Virus record (IMG/VR): IMGVR_UViG_3300028374_000002
Location: 32,001-96,000 of that record
Strand: one strand, 5' to 3'
Source: a virus
Taxonomy: Duplodnaviria; Caudoviricetes
Length of the DNA stretch: 64,000 nt
Shown: in pieces, positions 57,216 through 64,000 of the stretch
How the letters are laid out: each line of letters starts with the position of its first letter
Position numbering within the stretch: the stretch's first letter is position 1
Program-made: the position numbers and the translations under genes
Notes under the pieces: generated by a model
The model's database searches: none
What the model was told of the DNA's origin: nothing
Seen by the model: the letters and a program-made list of their open reading frames with translations, nothing else

Positions 57216-58544
57216 ATGAGTAAATTAATAACACTAAATGGATTGGACGAGGCTGATTTAATAAGCGATATGCTTAGTACGGAAATACTAGTATATGAGG
57301 ATGTGCAAGGTAGTAAAATATGGGTTAATTGGGATGGTAAAGAATTTACCATAAAGCCAAAATCTATATCTAGCGAACCTATAAATCTTATAGATTTAGC
57401 AATGCAAAATTATTATAATGCTGCTATTGATTATTTTAATACACTAGATAAAAGAGTTCAATCCCTTCTTAATAAAAAATGGTGGTTTTGTTTTGAATAT
57501 TTCCCAGATAACCAACCAGCTAATATTGAGTATAATGATACACCTAGAAATAATATGGTTCTTACTTCAATTAACAAATCTGGTAAATATGACTTTAACA
57601 TTGAAGAATTAGAAGAATATGCCAGGCTATTTAATGTTGATGTAATACCTGTTATATTTCAAGGTAAGTTAACTGAAAGTATGAAGGAAGCAATAAAGTA
57701 CTTTTTAAATACAAGTGAGGATGATTTAGAATATATATTTGGTGAGAAATCTTTTGCATACTTTTTTTATAAGATATTAAATCCATCTTTGAATAATTCT
57801 TTTCTGATGGATAGTGATTACTTTCAAGAAAATATAGAAAAGCTTATAATAAATACAATAAATAATGATATATCATTTGAACTTTTAAATCCATTATACA
57901 CAAGGGTTGATAATACTAATAATACTGAGTTTGTTGAAATATATACACTTATACTTGTTAATTTCCTTAATTTTTGTCAGTCGGTAAATATTGAGGAAAT
58001 TAAAATTAAAGAGGATAGTAAGGACGAAGCTTACATATATCTTATGTCCAAACTATTTAACATATATGTTTCCCAAGTTAAAGAAGATTTATTAAAATTC
58101 GATTTTATTGTTCCAGAATTCTTTGATAAAGATAAATTCAAGATAAACACTGAATTAATTAGCAACAAATTGACTAAAGATTATATAAGCCAAGACCGTA
58201 AGTTAGAGTATATATTCAAAGTTGTACTTGGATCTTTTAAATCAAAGCGAAAAAAACCAATTGGTATATTTACTGAGAATACTGTCATATTATTCAATAA
58301 ATTTGTTAACGATATTAGCAAGATAATAGAGAGACACCTTGGTAAGATACATGAAGTTGAATTGAATAAGTCAGGTCTTCTAGATTTTGGGGATTTCTTT
58401 GATATAAAATATGATACAGATGCAGAAGGTCAAGTATATCCAGATGTTTATGATGAATTCGAGAAGGGTCAAGATAATAGTAAGAAAGGTAAGAAAGGTA
58501 AAGGTGGTAAGTTTGATATACCTTCTAAAGACGATCTTAAATAG
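57216..58544 (+). CDS. RNA/DNA ligase-fold-like protein lacking the catalytic Lys
   Basis: VYEDVQGS where ExKxDGS is expected; FCFEY; LEEYARLFNVDVIPVIFQG. Confidence 0.45.
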   Translation: MSKLITLNGLDEADLISDMLSTEILVYEDVQGSKIWVNWDGKEFTIKPKSISSEPINLIDLAMQNYYNAAIDYFNTLDKRVQSLLNKKWWFCFEYFPDNQPANIEYNDTPRNNMVLTSINKSGKYDFNIEELEEYARLFNVDVIPVIFQGKLTESMKEAIKYFLNTSEDDLEYIFGEKSFAYFFYKILNPSLNNSFLMDSDYFQENIEKLIINTINNDISFELLNPLYTRVDNTNNTEFVEIYTLILVNFLNFCQSVNIEEIKIKEDSKDEAYIYLMSKLFNIYVSQVKEDLLKFDFIVPEFFDKDKFKINTELISNKLTKDYISQDRKLEYIFKVVLGSFKSKRKKPIGIFTENTVILFNKFVNDISKIIERHLGKIHEVELNKSGLLDFGDFFDIKYDTDAEGQVYPDVYDEFEKGQDNSKKGKKGKGGKFDIPSKDDLK

Positions 58545-58583
58545 AAATATACAAATTTAAAAAATCAACCACATTATATAGCT

Positions 58584-59822
58584 ATGGTAAAAAAAGAATC
58601 TAGTATTTATGCTAAAAGCGAGAAGAAGCTATCTGGATTACACAAGAACTTAAATAATAAGAAATTCGTATATCAATTCCTACCTCATTTCTTTAATGAT
58701 ATGATAGATCAGAAAAAGATACGTCATAAAGAAAAGAATTTAAAAGTAGATTACCTGATTGATATAATTAATAACCTTATACTTAAACATTATATAAATA
58801 AACGTAATGGATTTCCATTAAATTCGAGTGTTTTAAAGGAGAGATATGGTATGAATTATAATTATTATATCGATTACTTACTTTGTATAAAAGTTATTAA
58901 CTTAGATAAGGACTATCTAAAATCTGTATCTTCTAGGATATATTCTTTAAAGCCTATTGTGTTCAGTAAGAAGATGACACGTTATGAGAACAAAGACAGT
59001 TTTGTATTAAAAAAGTATACAAAACGTGTTTTAGAAGATTATGAAATATGTAAAAAAGATGGAAACCTTATAGAGTTTTTTGTTAGGGAAAAACTTATAG
59101 AAGACTTATTTTCAGTTGAAATAGATGAACAAAGGTCTATGTCTTTCCTAAACACGATCAAAGGGGATGGAACGGAGTCTTATAACAAGAATAGCTATGC
59201 AGTTGAGTGTGTTAGAAATAATCATATATTCTACCACTTTGATAAGTATGGTAGGATGCATACTAACTTTACAATACTTAAGTCATTTATAAGAAAAAAC
59301 TGCTTGAAAATTAATGGTAGTGATGTTAGAGAGATTGATATATCAAATTCCCAACCTTTATTTTTGACTAAGCTTATTGAAGAGTCTGGGACTAAATGGG
59401 TTAATAAAGAAGAATTTGATATTTTTAAGGCGTTGACAAAAAATGGTAATTTCTATAAATACCTTATGACTAAACTAGATATTAGAGATAGAAAAAAAGC
59501 AAAAACTATGACATATAGTGTTTTATTTGGAAATCATATTTATAAGTCAAAAAGTGATAAAATGTTTCAAAAATTATTTCCAACTATATTTAATTTTATA
59601 AATCTATATAAAAGGGATTGTGGTAATTATAAAAAATTATCATGTGACTTACAGAGAATGGAATCTAATGTTATATTTAATAGAATAGTTAAAACAGTAA
59701 TGGAGCGTAATCCTAGTATCAAAATGATAACAGTACACGATAGTATCATTGTTCCAATAGAGCATTATGACTATGTTAATGATATCTTCCAAAAAATCTT
59801 ATTATCAGAGTTCTCTTTTTAA
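58584..59822 (+). CDS. Compact family-A polymerase-like protein
   Basis: YGRMHT, EIDISNSQP (motif A), RKKAKTMTYSVLFG (motif B), LQRMES, ITVHDSII (motif C); no exonuclease domain. Confidence 0.7.
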   Translation: MVKKESSIYAKSEKKLSGLHKNLNNKKFVYQFLPHFFNDMIDQKKIRHKEKNLKVDYLIDIINNLILKHYINKRNGFPLNSSVLKERYGMNYNYYIDYLLCIKVINLDKDYLKSVSSRIYSLKPIVFSKKMTRYENKDSFVLKKYTKRVLEDYEICKKDGNLIEFFVREKLIEDLFSVEIDEQRSMSFLNTIKGDGTESYNKNSYAVECVRNNHIFYHFDKYGRMHTNFTILKSFIRKNCLKINGSDVREIDISNSQPLFLTKLIEESGTKWVNKEEFDIFKALTKNGNFYKYLMTKLDIRDRKKAKTMTYSVLFGNHIYKSKSDKMFQKLFPTIFNFINLYKRDCGNYKKLSCDLQRMESNVIFNRIVKTVMERNPSIKMITVHDSIIVPIEHYDYVNDIFQKILLSEFSF

Positions 59823-59833
59823 TATATAGTAAA

Positions 59834-60373
59834 ATGGACTTAGAAAACAAGAAATCGTCTTTTATACTTATAACATGTGATAAAATAGAAGATATAATAT
59901 CTGTTTTATACGCTAAGGAGTATAAAATAATAGAACTGAAGCAATATTATAGGGGCCATCATAAGCCTAGTATTATTGCATATAGCAACACTGGTAATGA
60001 CTGCCTTAGAGATGATGCTATTTTTATACTAGACCACTTTAAAGAGCCTTCAATGGTTATTAAATACTTGGGGGAGGAAGTTGTAAAACAAATAAGATTT
60101 GATGGCTCAGAGAGCCTATTAGAAGTATCTATGTTTAATACTGATAACGACAGAACATGTTATTTACTAAACGGTGTCTCATTTTCTTTTGTAGATATAG
60201 ATAGATACTGGAATCCTGTTAATAAGGATGATTTAAGAGATGGTATGATAGTTGAATATATGAACAATAGTATTTGGTATGAGAAGAAAATAACTAATGT
60301 AAATGAGGATTATGATAACTTTTTTAAGCTTCTTATGAAATATGATAAGGTCAGAGTGAAATCAAGGCCTTAA
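59834..60373 (+). CDS. Hypothetical protein (179 aa)
   Basis: TAATATATA 5 nt upstream, overlapping the previous stop. Confidence 0.75.
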   Translation: MDLENKKSSFILITCDKIEDIISVLYAKEYKIIELKQYYRGHHKPSIIAYSNTGNDCLRDDAIFILDHFKEPSMVIKYLGEEVVKQIRFDGSESLLEVSMFNTDNDRTCYLLNGVSFSFVDIDRYWNPVNKDDLRDGMIVEYMNNSIWYEKKITNVNEDYDNFFKLLMKYDKVRVKSRP

Positions 60374-61140
60374 ATAATATTAAACCAACAAAGATTGTTC
60401 TCTAAAGATAACCCTTCATCTAAATAGTAGCAATTATTAGTTTTGTCAATCATTAACTTCAAACCATTATTACTATTATTAACTATTATTATTTTATTGG
60501 GATTAATTCTTTGGTCACAAATAGAATTATAATTTTTATCTATAGGATATTCTAAGTTTAGAAGGGATAATATATCCATAACACGTGTTCCTACTAATAA
60601 AGTTTTTTTACCAGTAAAGTGTTCATTGTCCCCAATTGATGACCAATCAATATCATAACTCATTTGCATATCATAATTTTGTATTGAAAAATATATTTTG
60701 TTAGCATTATCTATCATATTATCATAGTTTGTGTTTCTTATATCATTCTTCAAAGAAATATCATTGAGCTGTGTTTTCCCTATAGTTTTTTTATATTTAG
60801 TCTTGTTATCTATAGTGCTTACAATATCTTCGTAAGTAACTAAATCATTTATTATCCTATTAGGTCTAATCACTTTTTCAATAGTTTCAAAGTAAGAAGT
60901 TTCTGTCCAAAATCTTGTATCTGTGTATAACATATCTACTTCCCTTTTTTTTGCTTTATAAGCCTCTTCACAACACTCATCATTTATATAGAAAATACTG
61001 ATTTCTCTTAATTCTTTTTTTGCTTTATTAATGCTTTCTTCTCTTGATAGTTTTTTATGTTGAACATAACTTATTCTTAAGTCTCTACCTTCATTATTAA
61101 CTTCTTTATACATTGTTAATAATTTTGCTTTTTCTATCAT
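60370..61140 (-). CDS. Hypothetical protein (256 aa)
   Basis: Coupled to the upstream glycosyltransferase C-terminal frame (ATGA overlap). Confidence 0.7.
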   Translation of the reverse strand: MIEKAKLLTMYKEVNNEGRDLRISYVQHKKLSREESINKAKKELREISIFYINDECCEEAYKAKKREVDMLYTDTRFWTETSYFETIEKVIRPNRIINDLVTYEDIVSTIDNKTKYKKTIGKTQLNDISLKNDIRNTNYDNMIDNANKIYFSIQNYDMQMSYDIDWSSIGDNEHFTGKKTLLVGTRVMDILSLLNLEYPIDKNYNSICDQRINPNKIIIVNNSNNGLKLMIDKTNNCYYLDEGLSLENNLCWFNII

Positions 61141-61891
61141 AATTGGTATTTGTTTTTTAAACCTTTATTATTTAAATGTTTAATATTTACACTTAATTCA
61201 CCTTTACTCATTAATCTGTATTTGTTGAATAGATTTAGATTCCTCTTATAAGCATCAACATCTGTAAGACCCCTTGTATGATATAAGTGATAGCAATTCC
61301 CTGTTAGTTCAATATGGTTTAAGAAGTGTTTACTTTTTATCGATTGGAAGTCATCTTCTGCACCCATCCAACAAATAGTTCATTCCATCCATGTATTTTT
61401 TCAATAGCACTTCTAGTAAACATAGCTATCCCACCGCATATATTTATTTTCTGTATATCTTCATCACCTCTACCTAGTCTGTTTATACTCATAATGTTTT
61501 TCATTGGTAAATTTGATTCACACTCGTTTAAGTCTATGACTTTATTGTATGGACTAACCATATCATATTTATCCAATAGGTTTATACTTTCTATAAACTT
61601 ATTGGGATTCATAACTATATCAGTATCAGAAAATATAATTTTATTGGTAGTAGAATATTTAAGACCAACGTTAAATCCCCATGATTTATTAAATAATTCA
61701 CTAGATTCTATAAAGATATGCTTAGCATCTAAGTTTAATTCTGATATTTTTGAATTAGTGTCTTGTTCGACTAGAATAATTTCTGCACCCGCAAATAAAT
61801 TAATCCAATCAATAACCTTTTTTAATGGGTTTAACCTATCAGTTCTGTGTCTGTAGCATATTATAAACGAAAATTTGTAATTGTTTTTCAT
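61137..61891 (-). pseudogene. GT2/GT7-type glycosyltransferase split by a 1-nt frameshift
   Basis: N-part: FIICYR, ILVEQD, FNKSWGFNVG, FSDTD, GWNELFVGW. C-part in another frame: GAEDDFQ...CYHLYH. TGGGT is present where TGGGGT would restore WGAEDD (G-run at 61363-61365). Confidence 0.85.
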
Positions 61892-61902
61892 GTTGATATA
61901 TT

Positions 61903-61910
61903 TATGTTTG
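61903..61910 (+). promoter_or_regulatory. Bacteroidota -7 box (TATGTTTG)
   Basis: Exact match upstream of the pyruvyl transferase. Confidence 0.45.
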
Positions 61911-61957
61911 TATTAAATTAAACTTAAATGTTTAAAATTATATAATAAATAAAGCTA

Positions 61958-62716
61958 TTGTACATGAATAATATAAAATTATTGTGGTTTCCTAGTGATA
62001 ACTGGGGAGATGCATTGAGTCCACACATGGTTAGGTTCATAAGTGGTAAAAATGTTGTATACTCTGCTCCTAATAAGTACGAAGATAAATATAGTTGTAT
62101 AGGAAGTATATTATCACATTCAAATGATAAAACAATCGTGTGGGGATCAGGATTGATATCTAGCAATAGTAATATTATATCTCAGCCTGATATAAGAGCA
62201 GTAAGAGGACCATTGACTAGAGATTTAATACTAAAACAAGGATATAAATGCCCAGAAGTTTATGGAGATCCAGCACTTCTTATGTCACATTTTTATGACG
62301 TTGATATAGATAAAAAATTCAAAGTCGGTATTTTACCACACTATGTGGACAAGGAGTCATATTGGGTAGTTAAAAATAAAACTGAGAAAGATGTTTTATT
62401 TATTGATATAAAAGGTGGTTTAGAAAAAGTTATTAACCAAGTTAAATCATGTGATTATATAATAACTAGTTCTCTACATGGTATAATATGTGCAGATACA
62501 TATGGTGTTAAAAGTATATGGATAAAAATATCTAATGATATAGAAGGTGGTAGCTTTAAATTTAATGATTATTTTTTGTCGATTGGTCAAGGGATTAAAC
62601 AACCTTTAGTTGTTAAGAGAGATACAACCATAAAGCAAGTTTTAAATAAATATATACCTTATTCTGTTAATATAGATTTGGAAAAACTTGCTGATGCTTG
62701 TCCTTTCTTTGATTAG
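61958..62716 (+). CDS. Polysaccharide pyruvyl transferase family protein
   Basis: NWGDALS, GSIL, AVRGPLT, GDPALL, GILPHY, SSLHGII.ADTYG, FKFNDY. Confidence 0.88.
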   Translation: MYMNNIKLLWFPSDNWGDALSPHMVRFISGKNVVYSAPNKYEDKYSCIGSILSHSNDKTIVWGSGLISSNSNIISQPDIRAVRGPLTRDLILKQGYKCPEVYGDPALLMSHFYDVDIDKKFKVGILPHYVDKESYWVVKNKTEKDVLFIDIKGGLEKVINQVKSCDYIITSSLHGIICADTYGVKSIWIKISNDIEGGSFKFNDYFLSIGQGIKQPLVVKRDTTIKQVLNKYIPYSVNIDLEKLADACPFFD

Positions 62717-62845
62717 CTATTCATATCATATATTAAATGGTATTGGTATTGGTATTGGTGCTGAAACTAACATTATTTATATTTACTTTCAAACATTTAA
62801 ATATATAAAATCTATAACTACAAATTATATTAAGACTTGATACTT

Positions 62846-63370
62846 ATGGTACAATTAAATCAAAAGAACTTTATAACTGGATTCCGTTTCGATATAGAAA
62901 TGTCATTCTACAAAATATTTGACTTTTTTGAGTTATCTGGACTCAATTGCTTGTATATGAATGATATTAATTCATCTTCTAAGCAAGTATATAAAATTTC
63001 TCAAATAGATTTTAAATCAGAAGTTGACGTATGTAAAATTTTAAGTGATGAATCAAACTTATTTAGAATAGATTTAATTGTTATAAATCTATTTAATTAC
63101 TCTATTGACCAAATTTTATACATAAAGGAATGTCTTACTAGTACAAATATTAAGTTTGTAATACTATCAAGGGATTACTCTTACTCCCATAATGATAATA
63201 TAAACGTGTATAATATATCTAGAAGGGTGTATATAAAGTCGAATAATATTGATTATAATACAGATACTACATACGTTGTGATAGATCTTATTAACAAAAA
63301 TAGTTATTCGTTTGATGAATATTTAAAAGCCTATAAAAGGGGTGTTAAAATTAAAAATATATTAGGATAA
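62846..63370 (+). CDS. Hypothetical protein
   Basis: Start moved to the ATG at 62846; C-terminal RGVKIKNILG motif. Confidence 0.7.
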   Translation: MVQLNQKNFITGFRFDIEMSFYKIFDFFELSGLNCLYMNDINSSSKQVYKISQIDFKSEVDVCKILSDESNLFRIDLIVINLFNYSIDQILYIKECLTSTNIKFVILSRDYSYSHNDNINVYNISRRVYIKSNNIDYNTDTTYVVIDLINKNSYSFDEYLKAYKRGVKIKNILG

Positions 63371-63499
63371 CTATTTAAATTCTGTCGATTTGACTATGAA
63401 TAGCCTCTGTTGTGGTGTTAGGTTGTTGGGATTCCAATTCTTCTCTTTGCAAATTTTATTTATTGCTACTTCTTTCTTGTATATATTTATATTTTTCAT
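63371..63499 (-). CDS. Small basic protein (42 aa, below cutoff)
   Basis: MKNINIYKKEVAINKICKEKNWNPNNLTPQQRLFIVKSTEFK; ATGA overlap with the upstream stop. Confidence 0.65.
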   Translation of the reverse strand: MKNINIYKKEVAINKICKEKNWNPNNLTPQQRLFIVKSTEFK

Positions 63500-63891
63500 A
63501 ATTTTGTAAATATTATTATTACTATTAATAAGATTTGAACTGAGATTCCGATTACCATACTATTAATATTTTTTTTTTGAGTATATTTTGTAGTTGAGTA
63601 CTTTATATTTTTAACAGCACAATCAGAAGATAACGTTGTTAAATACCTGAACAATAGAATGTATGATATGATAAGTGGTATAGCATAAAAATCTATGTAT
63701 TTAAATGTAATATAAGCCATTAGAGTGAGAAATAATATAGCTTGTATTTTGAATATTTTTCGATAATCAATTGATATCTCTCTCCTTGTGTTTTCTTCGT
63801 AAACTTGAACCATACCTTCCCTTACTCCTTCAAAAAAGCAGTAAGCGAGCCAAAATATATTAGCTAAAAGTATGATTAACAAGTAGTTCAT
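63496..63891 (-). CDS. Multi-pass membrane protein (131 aa)
   Basis: Four hydrophobic segments; TAATATATA 20 nt upstream. Confidence 0.8.
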   Translation of the reverse strand: MNYLLIILLANIFWLAYCFFEGVREGMVQVYEENTRREISIDYRKIFKIQAILFLTLMAYITFKYIDFYAIPLIISYILLFRYLTTLSSDCAVKNIKYSTTKYTQKKNINSMVIGISVQILLIVIIIFTKL

Positions 63892-63931
63892 ATTATTTTT
63901 TATTGTTAATCTATATATTAAAATATTTTTG

Positions 63932-63939
63932 TACCTTTG
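63932..63939 (+). promoter_or_regulatory. Bacteroidota -7 box (TACCTTTG) for a gene beyond the window
   Basis: Exact TAnnTTTG in the terminal intergenic region. Confidence 0.4.
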
Positions 63940-64000
63940 TAAATGTTTAAATCAAAAGGTATATTATATTTTAATCCAATAAATGTTACTAAAAAACATT

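Noticed and set aside
58552-58559. TAAATTTG -7 box on the minus strand (similar match at 9038-9045)
   Set aside because: At 58552 it is antisense to the flanking genes, and at 9038 it is only 4 nt from the start codon; such matches are expected by chance.
62738-62760. TGGTAT x3 repeat and tiny minus-strand ORFs (MFESKYK; MLVSAPIPIPIPFNI)
   Set aside because: Too short to support as genes or a regulatory repeat.
1-64000. Stop-codon reassignment (TAG or TGA) as in some Bacteroidota phages
   Set aside because: Array paralogues end at the same residue with either TAG or TAA, TGA occurs in ATGA stop/start overlaps, and the long genes are intact under code 11.
1-64000. tRNA or rRNA genes
   Set aside because: No cloverleaf, T-loop GTTCRA context or rRNA-like GC-rich stretch was recognised by eye; tRNAscan-SE would confirm.

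Overview
Very AT-rich, densely coding 64 kb segment of a large (jumbo-type, probably tailed) bacteriophage that most likely infects Bacteroidota, probably Flavobacteriaceae. Host evidence: TAnnTTTG -7 promoter boxes, a T9SS-sorted cargo gene, and A-rich start regions without a Shine-Dalgarno. The standard genetic code applies. I found no tRNA, rRNA, CRISPR array or reverse transcriptase. Recognisable genes: DnaK, DnaJ, GrpE, TrxB, M42 peptidase, T4 Rnl1-like RNA ligase, Dam methylase, NUDIX hydrolase, metallophosphoesterase, a frameshifted glycosyltransferase, a pyruvyl transferase, a compact family-A-polymerase-like protein, a 1932-aa structural protein and a tape-measure-like protein. The most striking system is an array of 10 tandem paralogues (29424-36832). 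They have fixed N- and C-caps around 2-9 copies of a 21-aa LRR-like repeat with hypervariable positions, and they show exact-identity mosaic tracts between copies. They and about 12 other ORFs begin with a motif resembling the T4 capsid-targeting sequence, and many sit behind a TAATATATA putative late promoter. This suggests a diversifying set of virion-packaged, injected binding proteins (inference). Other notable items: a phage-borne T9SS cargo plus PID-CTERM cassette; a fusion of an S4 domain with the ValRS tRNA-binding arm, divergent from the RNA ligase; a shared C-terminal helix motif in unrelated small proteins; and two candidate structured RNAs. All family calls come from motifs recognised by eye; no database searches were run.
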